Assembly (NCBI GenBank): GCA_043228905.1
Contig: JBHGNT010000004.1
Span: 14,570,001-14,634,000 of the forward strand
DNA from: Azolla caroliniana
Taxonomy: Eukaryota > Plantae > Polypodiophyta
DNA length: 64,000 bases
Reading direction: 5' to 3'
Shown: piece by piece, positions 23,240 through 35,700 of the stretch
How positions within the stretch are numbered: the first letter of the stretch is position 1
Layout: every line of letters begins with the position of its first letter
The notes under the pieces: generated by a model
Told to the model about the DNA's origin: nothing
The model's database searches: none
Seen by the model: the letters and a program-made list of their open reading frames with translations, nothing else
Program-made: the position numbers and the translations under genes

Positions 23240-24673
23240 GAGTGAGTTGATGCTCATCATTGAGGAGAGTGAGTTGAACCTTGCCAGTGACGAGACAACG
23301 TGGGTTGTCGATTCCGGAGCGTCGTTCCACCTGACCCCGGACCAGAAATGCTTCTCATCCTACACAATCGGTGAGCACGGTTGTGTCTGGATAGGGAATG
23401 AAGGTACATGCCGAATTGTCGGCATAGGAGACATGTGGCTAACAACACCAACCGGATGCAAGCTGCTGCTGAAGGATGTTCGACACGTTCCGGAGGTTCA
23501 ACTGAACCTGATATGAGCCGACCGGCTAGATGATGAAGGCTACATGGGTAGCATCCGGAACAGTGTCATGAAATTTAGCAAAGGGAGCCTGATAGTGGCT
23601 TGGGCCCGGAAAGTCAACACTCTGTACCTAATGAATGCCCGGTTATGCCGGGAAGTAGTGAACATGGCATCTGACACTGCCGGTGAGCTGTGGCACAAGA
23701 GACTGTGTCACATGAGCGAGATGGGCATGAAGAGGCTTGCCGATGACAACCTCATTCTGGTGAAAGAAGTGCATCTTGAGAAGTGCACCGACTGCCTGGT
23801 CGGTAAGCAAAACCAAACCTCCTTCCGCTCAAGGCCACTGATGAGACGTAATGCACCACTAGACCTGGTGCATACCAATGTGTGTCAAGTGGACACGAAG
23901 TCACATGTGGGATCGCAGTACTTCGTGACATTCATAGATGACCACATCCGGAAGCTGTGGGCTCGCCGTTGAAGACGAAGGATCAAGTGTTATCCGTCTT
24001 CAAGGAGCTGCACGCGAGAGTGGAAAGAGAAACCGGCCGGAAGCTGAAGGCGGTTTGAGCAGATAACGGAGGAGAATACCGGGGGCAGTTCGAGGAGTAC
24101 TGCCGCTCAAAGGGAATCCGGCTTGAATTTACCGTGCCAAAGACGCCGGAACTAAACGGGCTGGATGAGAGGATGAATCAAACCATAATGGAGAGGGTCC
24201 AGAGTATGCTAGCACATGCTAAGCTACCCAAGACGTTTTGGGATGAGGCACTGTCGACAACGACGTATGTGATAAACAAATCACCCTCAGTGCCCTTGGA
24301 CGGAGACACGCAAACAAAGAGTATGGACCGGTAAGGAAATGTCTTACTGGCATCTGAAGGTGTTCGGGTGTCTTGCTTACGTGCATGTTGCAAAGGACCG
24401 GAGAGAAAAGTTGGATCCAAAGTCCCGGCCTTGCATATTCCTCGGATACGACAATGATGAGTTCGGCTACTGAGCATGGGATACGGTCGACAAGAAGGTT
24501 TTCGGAGTCGAGATATTATCTTCATGGAGGTCAAGACCCTTGCCGACTAGGAGTCGGAGAAGAAGATAATGAACTCTGAGTCAACCGGTAAGGATTGGTT
24601 CGATGAGATACGGACCTACCCAGCTAAGAGCTGGTTGACACTCGAAGAACTGGACGGTTACGGTGAGGATACC
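23240..24673 (+). pseudogene. pol: Copia C3 internal fragment (PR-IN), C2/C6 family, no LTRs
   Basis: ELMLIIEESELNLASDETTWVVDSGASFH, LWHKRLCH, PKTPELNG; closely matches 41887-43430 on the opposite strand. Confidence 0.88.
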
Positions 24674-25219
24674 TGTTGAGAATCAAGCTCAACTTGGTCT
24701 AGTGTGTGAACTCACCTTGAGAGTTAATAGACACTCCAATGGTCAAGAGTCACCACTATGTCACCACTTTGTATTCTAGCATTTAGTATGAGTCATAGAA
24801 TCATATTCTATGACACATAACTTATGAGCTTTCACATTCCCCATGCTCCATTAGTCTTGTAGTTAATGAAGAGAGAGGGTGACTATATAAAGCACCCTCC
24901 TCCCACTTTGTATAATGTTGAGTCTTTCTCCTTTGTTAATATAATCTACCTTGCGTATACTCTGTGTCTTACTCCTTGTCTCACTCACTCTCTCTCTCTC
25001 ATACACACACATAGTTCACACCTATTCCGCTTCACAAGAATCCATATCCGATTTTTTACATGGTATCAGAGCGATTTGGTAGCTCGATCTAGCCCATTCG
25101 CCTCATCGTGATCCTGTGTTGTGCTCCACGCCGACGACCAAGAACCGGCTCATTGCTATCGTAGCTTCGCTACATAGCTCGCATTCGAAGAGAGAAGAAG
25201 AAGAAGAAGAATCGACATA

Positions 25220-28200
25220 ATGAATACTCAAATGGGGAGCGGTCTCCCTACCGAGAAGTTGGATCGAAACAACTTCGCATCTTGGGAGTACAAGATGCAC
25301 CAATACCTTGTCGGACAAAGCTATTGGAGCTACATCAAAGGAGTGCATGAAGACCGACCCGCCGAAGCGGCTCCCGAATACGCGACATGGGAGCAAGCCG
25401 CAAGCCGCGTGATGTATTGTTTGGCGACATGTGTTCACAATCACATGCTCAGCTACATTCGCGAAGCCAAGACGCCGAAGGAGGCATGGGAAAATCTACG
25501 AAAGATTTTCGCGGCGAACACAACCGCAAGAAGGCTTCAACTCGCCAAGAGTTGAACAACATTCAACAAAGGGAAATATCCATTACGACATACACCTCGA
25601 AGACCAAGGAGCTTTGCAATTCGCTCGGCTCAATAAGCGTAAATATCAATGATGATGAGATGGTTAAAATATGCCTCGGCGGCCTCGCACCACGGTTGGG
25701 CGCGATGCGAACCGCCGTTCTAGCATGGGAGAAATCTCCCTCCTTCTTCGAGCTCCAATCAATGTTATTGGTTGAAGAAAACCACATGCGTACAAGGAGC
25801 AATGAGTCGGAAGGCCACATGCTCTACACGCACTCGAACGGAGGAAGAGGACGCGGACGGTCAAGAGGCCGATTCGGCCAAGGACAAGGCGGACGAGGTC
25901 CGACCTACGGTAACAACTCCCAATTTCGGCCACAAAACGGAAGCTGACGAGGAACCTTTGCAAGAAGGGGGAGCTTCCACTCCGGCCCAAGCCATCAAAA
26001 CGCAACGAAATGCAGATATTACGGAAAGCTCGGCCACCACGAAGAAGAGTGCCGAAAGAAGATGCGTGAATCGGCTTCCACAAGCCGACAACTCACGAAT
26101 TACGCGCACAATTCCGACTATGAAGAGTATAACGGAATGTATGGGCAGAACTTTGACTACGAAGATCGTGGTGGAATGTATGGACACAACTCTGCCCGTG
26201 GCGGAATGTACGGGCACAACTCCGACTACGAAGATCGTAGCGGAATGTATGCACACAACTACGACCGTGGTGGAGTGTTCATGATGAAACATAGAGCAAA
26301 CTCTAAGTTGGTCGCTACCTCAACTAGTGCCTTCGGTCCGGAAGACGTATGGTTTGTCGATTCCGGTGCCTCGAACCATATGACATCGCATTAAGAATGA
26401 TTCCGAGAACTTCGAGAGCTGGACCGACCCGGCTATGTCGAAAACGGAGACGACACTACGCACCCGATTTGGCACATCGGCAATGTTCCGTTCGGAAAAG
26501 AAAGTAAGAAAAATTACATTAAAAATGTCTTGCATGTACCGACTATTACGAAGAATTTTGGTCTCCGTCGGCCAAATTGTAGAGCAAGGGATGCAAGTTC
26601 GATTTACTCAAGGCGGTTGCTTCATCGAAAAAGAAGGCCGACTCATTGCACATGGACGAAGAGAGGGCCAAATGTTCATTCTCGACTCACATAAGATGAA
26701 ATCGGCCATGTTCGCAAAGAGCACGAAAGCGACTCCGACATAGAGCTATGGCACAAGTGAATCGGCCACATCAATCTCAACAAACTCAAATCAAAGAAAT
26801 CGAAAGGAGTCGTCATCGGACTCCCGACATTCAAAGAAGAAGATTGAAGGTGTATGTGAAGCATGCCAATTCGGCAAGCAACACCGACACCCATTCCCGA
26901 ATGAGCGGAACGTGAGCAAATTTCTACTCGACGTAGTCCATTCCAACGTATGGGGACCGGCGCAAACGGCTACATTCGGCGGATGCCGATATTACGTGCT
27001 CTTCATCGACGACTTCTCCAGGCATGCTTGGATCTACCGGATGCGACAAAAGAGCAAAGTGTTTGGACACTTCCAAATATTCAAGAATGAAGTCGAGAAA
27101 GCCACGGGCCCACATGTACGTTGTTTTCGATCCGATGGCGGCAAGGAGTACTTCTCGGACGATTTCATGGCGTATCTCCGGAAGGAAGGAATTCGGCGAG
27201 AATTCACTTGCCGACACACTCCGCACCAAAACTGGGTAGCCGAACGCAAAAATTGGCACATCCTCGAAGTAGCACGGGATATGAAGAACGAGAAGCATAT
27301 GCCCAAGTCATATTGGGCCGAAGATGCAAATATGGCTGTCTACCTAATGAACCAGTGCACAACATCCGGTGTGCACGAGGTCACTCCGCACGAAAAATAC
27401 TTCGGAAAGAACCAGACTTATCGCACACCCGGATATTCGGCGCGATAGCATACGTGCATATCCCCGACGAGAAGCGTCAAAAGCTTGACCCAAAGTCGGA
27501 GAAATGTATCCTCGTAGGATACTCACTTGAGCAAAAGGGGTACAAGTGCTACAACCCCTTAACTCGAAAATCTCGAGTAAGACGAGACGTCGTTTTTGAC
27601 GAATTCGCATCCTTGTACGCAGTAGAGACAACTTCGACTCCGACTCCGCTCGACCTAGAACCCGCTTAACAAGAGATAGAGGATAAAGATCATTTGATGC
27701 GCATGTTCAAAGAAAGTCCGATCACGACCCGACTGATTGGACCACACGAGCCTCCGAGCGATCAACGGACATCACGGCCTAGCCCGAAGATGGACAAAGG
27801 CAAGGCGAAAATGGCGGAACACAAAGACGATCGTTTCGACAACGATGAATCGACTCACTCACTCGACAGTGAGTTCGACAGCTTTGACATACCAATCGGA
27901 GCTAAGAAAGCCCTCATCTGTGCAAATGAAAAGCTCTGCCGCTCCACCCGTGAAAAGAATCCGGTTAGCCGATTCGGCTACAATGACTACATGGCATATC
28001 ACTATGCCTTTATGGTGCAGGTGGCGACAGTACGCGAGCAGGAAACATTCTCCGAAGCAGCCAAGGATCCGCGATGGATCAAAGCCATGAACGAGGAGAT
28101 GCAGGCACTACGGAAGAACGAGACGTGGGATCTCGTTCCCACCTCACCACACAAAAAGGCGATCGGATGCAGATGGATCTACAAGGTGAAGTATAACGTC

Positions 28201-29613
28201 GATGGCTCCGTAAACCGCTACAAAGCTCGACTCGTAGCGAAAGGATACGCTCAGATGCATGGCGTCAACTAGGAAGAGACCATTTCCCCGGTGGCAAAGA
28301 TGACGACGGTTCGAACCGTATTTGTGATTGTCACGGCGAAAGGGTGGCACCTCCATCAAATGGACGTCAAGAATGCCTTTCTACAAGGCGAATTAGAAGA
28401 GGAGGTGTACATGATCTAACTACCCGGGTTCAACTCAAGCACCCATCCGAAAGCTGTTTGCCAATTCAAGAAGCCACTCTACGGCCTCAAGCAAGCACCG
28501 CGTGCTTGGCATTTGAAGATAACGCAATATCTTCATCAAATCGGCTTCCGTATGTTAAAATTGGACAACTCCCTCTACACACGAAGCAATTCCTCAAGTC
28601 CGATCGTCATCATCTTATATGTGGATGACCTAGTCATTGGAGGTGAGCACCTCGTCGAAATCAATAAGGTCAAATCCCTCCTTTCCGACAAGTTCGAGAT
28701 GACGGACATGAAGGAGCTCCACTACTTCCTTGGCATCGAGGTAATTCGGACTCCGAACGGAATCATGATCTCTCAACGGCACTACATCCTCAACTTGTTA
28801 TACAAGTTCGGGATGGCTGAGTGCAAATCTGCGGCAACCCTGCTCGATCACAATCTCAAACTCGATGCGAAATCCAGCAAATCCAGCACCAAAGCATGTG
28901 AGCCGACTCAGTATCGGCAACTCATCGGGAGTCTCATCTACCTCACGATCACACGACCCAATCTCAGTTATCCGGTCGTTCTGCTTAGCCAATTCATGAA
29001 AACACCGCGTGATACTCACTTGGATTGCGCTAAGCGAATTCTACGATAAGTGAGCGGTACAATGGATTGCGGCATCCTCTACAAGACCGCGATGCCAATA
29101 CGACTCGAGGGGTACACAGACACTGATTGGGCTGGTTACAAAGCCGATAGAAGATTTACCTCCGGATTTGTTTTCTCCCTCGGCAGTGGAGCAATATTCT
29201 GGAGTAGCAAGAAGCAGCCTACCGTCGCTCTTTCGAGTACGGAGGCGGAATACAGGGGCGCAGTTGTAGCTGCGTGTGAAACACTATGGCTCAAGAGGAT
29301 TTTGAAGGATCTGGGCGTACCCATCAGGGATCCGACTTCCCTCTACTATGACAACATGACCAATATCTATCTGGCTCGGAGCTCGGTGTTCGACGCGCGG
29401 ACAAAGCACATCAAAGTGCAATATCACTTCATTCGAGAGCGCGTTCTAGCTGGCGATGTCGACCTACAACACATTAGCACAAATCTTCAAACGGCCGACA
29501 TCCTCACTAAAGCCTTAGGAGCCGACAAGCTATGGCAATTCATGACCGATCTCGGATTGACGATTCCTGACCTGCCAAGCTTAAGGGGGAGTATTAAAGA
29601 CGCTACGCAATAA
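25220..29613 (+). pseudogene. gag-pol: C4 polyprotein, disrupted
   Basis: [60 protein letters not shown], ...SLRG. Confidence 0.92.
26098..26280 (+). repeat. In-frame 30/39-bp tandem repeats in C4 between the Zn knuckle and protease
   Basis: About five units encoding variants of GMYGHNSDYEDRG. Confidence 0.85.
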
Positions 29614-29833
29614 CGCGTGGATTACGCAACCACACAACGAAGCCGCGAAGAGCCGATCTACCGCGCAAAGCTGCGAAGAAAGACGCAAGCCCAAGGACAA
29701 ACTTCGCAACTACGCACAACGCAAGCTGGAGCACGGATTCCACAACTCCGCATAAATGCGAGTCGACGCTGTCGTGAAGAATGTGCTTCACGATATAAAA
29801 ATGAGCTAAAATGTTGTATTTAATAATATTTGA

Positions 29834-30026
29834 GAGACTTGAACCCACATCCTTATATACGATGTACAATGTACATACCACTAGGCTAGGCTATTTATTT
29901 GTAAAAGTGTGTAATAAATGTGCTTCATGATATAAGAATGAAGCTATATATTGTATTAAGTAAAATTGAGGGACTTGAACCCTCAACCTTGTATACCAAG
30001 CACCAACCATACACCACTAAGCTAGG
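29834..30026 (-). promoter_or_regulatory. Two antisense tRNA-like A-box/B-box modules in the G4 LTR (repeated in the 3' LTR)
   Basis: On -: TAGCCTAGTGGTA...GGGTTCAAGTC (29834-29888) and TAGCTTAGTGGTG...GAGGG-TTCAAGT-CCCTC (29968-30026, perfect T arm). Confidence 0.65.
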
Positions 30027-30275
30027 TTAGTTATTTTAGAATGCATTTTCATCATTATAATTATCTCATATCTATTTTCATACATAGCCATCATTCATCA
30101 CATGCAATGCATGTGCGCCAAATGGCGATCATGCATTACATGTAACTCATGCATTGCATGCATGCCATGCTCCCATACATTACCATATGCATGGCAACAC
30201 TTATATAAAGAGGGGCAAGGAAAACAAGAAAGGAATCAAGAGAGAGTGAGAAAATAATACAATCAATTAAAGAAG

Positions 30276-30340
30276 ACTAGCTCATTGGGTGGAGAACCTC
30301 TCGTTTTGAAGTTGAGGTCGTGGGTTCAAATCAAGGGTCG
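30276..30340 (+). promoter_or_regulatory. Sense tRNA-like A-box/B-box module in the G4 LTR
   Basis: TAGCTCATTGG...GAGGTCGTGGGTTCAAATC. Confidence 0.6.
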
Positions 30341-30681
30341 ATAGAGAATGTGTTCAGTTTGTGATCGAGGATTGTAAAGTTGGTAAAATATTATATTTTT
30401 AATATACATCATGTTTATATCATATATTCTTGTTCCTTGAATCATACTTTGTCTCAATCTTCTTTCTAGAATCATCTCTCTCTCTCTCTCGCACACACAC
30501 ACACATTACTCGTAACTCTTCTTCTTACTATCCTTAACCACTCTATCATCACCATACAAGCCTTATTAAAAGTTAAGTTTCTTCAACTCCCCTTAACCTT
30601 AGTCCCCGCGACTTCGCCGCACGAACCACAACTACCCCGACACATTTGGTGAACCCGACGTGAAGGCGGCTACAAGGAGAA

Positions 30682-32796
30682 ATGGAGGAGCAAATGAGGC
30701 TTATGTGTAGGATGATGGAACGAGTGATGCGGGAACAAGAGATGATGGCAAGCATCGACAAAGCCGTCGACAATATTCTCGCACAAGTAGGAATCTTCGA
30801 AGGTATAAATTTAACAAGATTTCTGAAGATTTATAATGAAGAAATGCTTAAATGCGGTGTCGACGAAGCTACAAAATTTAATAGCTTTAGTCGAGTCGCT
30901 GCGATTGGGCTACAAGAGAGGATCCAAGAGCTCCAAAGGGAGAATCAGACATGGACAACGTTCGAAAGAGCATTACTCAATGCATACAACCTCAACGATA
31001 TGTCAAGGATGACAAGGCGAGCTTTCATGGATTGGGTAGAGTCTAATAAACATTTAAGTGTTTTGGAAGTATTAAAAGAGTTTTCTGAAAGATTTGAGCA
31101 ACTAAATGTTAGAGATAGAAATATAATAGTGCCAGATAAAGTAATATTGTTTCTACAAGCTACTAATATTAAAGAAAGGAAGGACTTGGGAATGCTTTTA
31201 GAAGATCAGAATAGTCCAAGTGGACTTACCGAAGATTGGGAGGAGGTGAAAAGGGCGTGCACCCATTTCTGCAAAAGAAAGTTATGGTTTATGGAGTTGC
31301 CCGACAGAAATGATGAAGAAATAGGGAACAAATCGGGAGAAAAGAAAGTAGAAGAATCACTCTTACACGAATTGGTGAAAGGTATGAAAGACTTGTCGAT
31401 CAAAGTGACGAAGCTAGAATCGGGACAAAGCTCGACTTCATCAAGGCAGGGAGGTGGAATGGTCCGAAGGTGTATGTGGTGTGATAGTATCGACCACCAG
31501 AAGAAAGATTGTCAAGAGCATAGGGATGCTCTTAATCATAATAAAATCTACTATCAAGATGGCAAGATTCACTCAACTGAGACTCGACAACCACTTCAAC
31601 TCAACTTTGGGCGAGGAGGAATGAAAAAGCTAATGGAAGATGCCGAGAGAGAAACGACTCAAGTGATACAATCCGTGGCAACCTTAGGATTGCGCGTAGA
31701 AGACTCATATGGTGGATCTGGCTTTTGGCAAGATGTGATGGATTATGCAAGAAAAGGGAAGGTTCGAGTGGATGAATTAAAAAGAGCGGGAGATGAAATA
31801 CGAAACTTCACTGGATGGAATGATCCAGTAGACTCGCTATCAGCATTCGCACAAGTGAATGCACAAGATGTGCTAGTGGAAGAGAAGCGGAAGAGAGCTG
31901 AGGAAGTTGATCCGACAAAGAGACATGAGACACGAGAACAAAAGAGAAGGGAGATGGAAAAGGGTGCTATTGAGCCAAAGGAAGCTGATAAAGTAAAAGG
32001 AAAGACATGCCCATCTTTCAAGCTTGCCTCAGACATAGAAACAACGACGGATATAAAAAAGGTACTAGAAACAAGAATATTAAATAGTAAGGTAGAATTT
32101 ACTTTAAGAGAAGTGTTGGGTATAGCAAAGAAAGAATTTCATGAAGTTATCATAGATATTATTAGAAGGAAGAGACAGGTGACGGAAGAAATTACGGGAG
32201 GGTGTGCAACAACACTCCAAGATTTGTATGGTGGCACCATCAATGCTGCAAGTGTAAAAAACCAGAATGATGTTGGCGTCCATGAAGGGGATAGGAGTCA
32301 CTATACAAGGGACCATTGGGCTCGAGCAACAACGGAGGCACCTGCAAAAATTGGGGAGCAGCAAATTCCATGTATTGCTTTGATCGATCATGGATCAGAG
32401 ATTAACATGATGTCATCGGAATTTTACGCTCGAGGACGGTGGCCGATTGACAAGAATCATAGGTGGAAAATAAGAGCTGCCACAGAAACTACGGAGGATC
32501 TATTCGGAGCATGTCCTAGTGTGAAGGTAACAATTGGTGATGTCTCGGTGAATCAAAATTTCTTTGTGCAGGATCGATCAACCTACCCCGTCATCCTTGG
32601 CCAGCCCTACATCACCGCAGTGAGGATGGAAACAAAGGTTATTGATGATGGTTCGGCTTTCGCGAGAATCAAGAGTCAAGTTGGAAGAAAGACTGTCCAA
32701 TTCTTAACCGTGAGGCCCAACCATGAAAGAAACAAAGAATGCTTGAGGGAACATCCAATTCAAGAGATGGATGAAGAGTTTTCCCAGGATTTTTAG
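30682..32796 (+). CDS. gag: G4 Gag-protease, 704 aa
   Basis: Zn knuckle CMWCDSIDHQKKDC, protease ALIDHGSEINMM...VILGQP; ends G GAT TTT TAG. Confidence 0.9.
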   Translation: MEEQMRLMCRMMERVMREQEMMASIDKAVDNILAQVGIFEGINLTRFLKIYNEEMLKCGVDEATKFNSFSRVAAIGLQERIQELQRENQTWTTFERALLNAYNLNDMSRMTRRAFMDWVESNKHLSVLEVLKEFSERFEQLNVRDRNIIVPDKVILFLQATNIKERKDLGMLLEDQNSPSGLTEDWEEVKRACTHFCKRKLWFMELPDRNDEEIGNKSGEKKVEESLLHELVKGMKDLSIKVTKLESGQSSTSSRQGGGMVRRCMWCDSIDHQKKDCQEHRDALNHNKIYYQDGKIHSTETRQPLQLNFGRGGMKKLMEDAERETTQVIQSVATLGLRVEDSYGGSGFWQDVMDYARKGKVRVDELKRAGDEIRNFTGWNDPVDSLSAFAQVNAQDVLVEEKRKRAEEVDPTKRHETREQKRREMEKGAIEPKEADKVKGKTCPSFKLASDIETTTDIKKVLETRILNSKVEFTLREVLGIAKKEFHEVIIDIIRRKRQVTEEITGGCATTLQDLYGGTINAASVKNQNDVGVHEGDRSHYTRDHWARATTEAPAKIGEQQIPCIALIDHGSEINMMSSEFYARGRWPIDKNHRWKIRAATETTEDLFGACPSVKVTIGDVSVNQNFFVQDRSTYPVILGQPYITAVRMETKVIDDGSAFARIKSQVGRKTVQFLTVRPNHERNKECLREHPIQEMDEEFSQDF

Positions 32797-35700
32797 ATAG
32801 GGCTTTTACAGGTAGGGGCTGTGATAGCCCGAGCATAAAAGAAAACCCCATAAATAATAATGTAAATAAAGATATTCCTTGTACAATCTCATCTAATGGT
32901 GCTACTTTTATACTAAAAGTAAATAATAATAAAATACAAAATGCTTTCGAGTTCTTTAAGTGTTCTGGATTAATAGATGATGATGAAGAAATTCAGGATA
33001 TGTTTGAAGAATTAAGTTTTGAAGATACAATAACTCATTTGGAAGCAATGGAAGAAGACAACGAAATCCAAGTTCCTGTCCATTCAATCAAGATGTATGA
33101 GGTCATTGAAGAAGTTGCTCGAAAGGATCATGAAGCACATGTACTAACAAAGTACAAGACAGTGGAGAAGAAGGTTCGTCCTATTGCTGCTCCACTTCCA
33201 GGGGATAGTGAAAAGGCAATCAAAGAAGCAGCCACAGAGCCAATGATCAGAGACCCACGAAAGGTAGGACATGTGATTACTCCAGAAACAATACAAGGGA
33301 TGAAAATAGGAGGGGGTGACTTCCTATTACCCGCTGAAGAAAAGCAGTTCAGGGAGATGTTAAAAAGGCATGGAAAGGCGTTCGCATTCCAACCGGAGGA
33401 AATAGGGTGTGTGGATCCAGAAATTGTGGAGCCCATGGTTATATTCACTATCCCTCATATTCCATGGAACTTTAAGCCAATACCCATGCTTAGGGCTAGA
33501 ATCCCTCAACTATTAGAACTTTTGAAAGAAAAGATAAGGATGGGTATCTTGGAACCATCGAACGCTCCTTACTCGAGTCAATGGTTCACTGTGTTAAAGA
33601 AAGATGGGCGACTCCGATTTATCCAAGATATGCAACCCGTGAATAAGGTAATAATCCAAAACTCGGGAGTAGGGCCAATTGTGGATGAGTTTGCTGAGAT
33701 GTTTGCAGGAAGAGCTATATATTCAATAGGAGACCTTTATTCCGGGTATGATCAATTTCAACTTGCTATCAAAAGTCGAGATATAACTTCTATCAAGACA
33801 CCTATAGGGTTAGTACGGATGTGCACCTTGCCGCAAGGAGCGACCAACTCAGTGGCGCATATGATGAATGGAATGAACAAGGTACTTTGTGATTTTATTC
33901 CTCATATTACAATGCCTTTTCTAGATGATGTTCCAATTAAGGGATGCAAGGAGGAAGAGAAGAACGAGGAATTGGACGAAAGTGGTTGCCGTCAATTCGT
34001 TGCTGATCATATCAAGGATTGTGAGAAGGTGCTATCAAGGATGGAAGAAGTGCATTTGACCTTATCAGGGGCGAAGTCAATATGTGGGGCAAAAGAGATA
34101 TTAATAGTTGGTCATATGTGTGGCCCATATGGGAGAAAGCCATCCCCAACCAAGGTCAATGCAATTCAAAATATGCAAGAGGAATGTACATCCATCTCAG
34201 AAGTACGAAGGTTTTTGGGGGTATGTGTTTTTTACTGTAAATGGATTCCGCATTATGCCCATTTATCTGAACCTTTATATAGACTCCTAAGAAAAGGAGA
34301 GACATTTGAATGGAGTGAGGAGCATTCAGAGGCAATGAAGAAATTGAAGTACTACTTGGCACAAGCTCCACCATTAAAGCAACCAAACTACACCCGGCCC
34401 ATATATCTCACAGTAGACTCTAGTCCCATTGGAATTGGATGGGTGATAAGCCAACAAGATAGGGAAGAAAGGTATCCAGTCCGATTCGGGGCAAAGGTTC
34501 TTAGTGGTCGACAAAGAAAATATGCACAGGTGAAAAGAGAGCTATGGGGGATAGTAACAGCTGTAAAGACAGACAGAGATTACTTAATTGGTGCTGAAGT
34601 AATAATAGAAACTGATTGTTTGCCTATTCTGGGTATCATAGCTAATTGTGATATTCCAGATCAAGCCATGTTAAGATGGTGTATCTATATTAGATCAATC
34701 AACCCTGAAGTTCGACATATCTCTGGGAATAGAAATGCAGTAGCAGATATGTTATCAAGAGCAAGGTATGAGGAAGAGGAGATTCCAGACTCGTACGATG
34801 AGGACAAAGAACAAACAGTCCTTACCACAAGCATTACTCGGGAAGGAGGAATGCAGTTTCTAGAAGAAGAGTATGAAGAAGAATTCAAGGAAATAGGGAA
34901 ATACCTACAAACCCCTGACAAGTACAAAGGTCGATCTGGAAAAGAGTTCGCACAGTTTCGCAAGAAAGCCTATAAGTTCTTCCTGCATGAAGGATATCTA
35001 TGGCGACATCCGAAAACCAAGACTGGAAACCCGCAAAGAGTAATAGGTTTTGAAGGGCAAAGAAAGGAGATAATCAGAGAGCTGCATGACAAAGAATGGG
35101 CTGGTCATCGAGGAGTGTGGGCCACTTTCAGTAAGATTAAAGAACGATTTTGGTGGCCTCGATACTATGAGCAAATAAAAAAGTATGTGGAAACTTGTCC
35201 CACTTGTCAATATTATTCAAATGTAAAATTTTGTGATGAATTACACCCAACATACTCACCGGGGGTGCATTACAAGTGGATGATAGATTTGGTAAAAATG
35301 CCACTTGGAGTAGGACAAAAGAGATACTTGGTTCTTGCTAGAGAAGATCTAACAAATCAAGTGGAAGGTCGTTCATTGAGAACAAAAGGGACATTAGGAG
35401 TATGTCAATTCATCTTGGAGGACATTGTTTGTAGATATGGATGTATCGGGAAGATAGTGGCAGATAGGGGAGAACTCAATTCTGCGGAAGCTCAAGATTT
35501 TTTCGACAAAATAGGAATTCGGCTTTCTTTGACAATGGCGTACAATCCAGAAGCTAATGGAAAGGTAGAAAGGGGACATGGGCCAATAGTCAAAGCTTTG
35601 GCAAAGGCATATAGAGGACGGGTTAGTGATTGGCCAAAAACCTTACCCTATGCACTATGGGCTGATAGGACAACTCACAGCACTGTTACTGGATATATGC

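Larger units (their letters stand above)
29770..30642 (+). repeat. G4 5' LTR
   Basis: TGTCG...CGACA; contains tRNA-like modules, a CATGCA cluster and CTTATATAAAG near 30200. Confidence 0.95.

Noticed and set aside
22512-23240. A separate + strand element starting with LTR 22512-22949 and PBS TGGCACGCCCGTGGG
   Set aside because: This LTR pairs with 59939-60411 via a TSD, the enclosed Gypsy ORFs and the LTR TATA are on -, and no + strand gag follows.
29834-30340. Functional tRNA genes in the G4 (and G5) LTRs
   Set aside because: Only A/B boxes and a T arm are recognisable. I could not build a 7-bp acceptor stem or a canonical anticodon arm.
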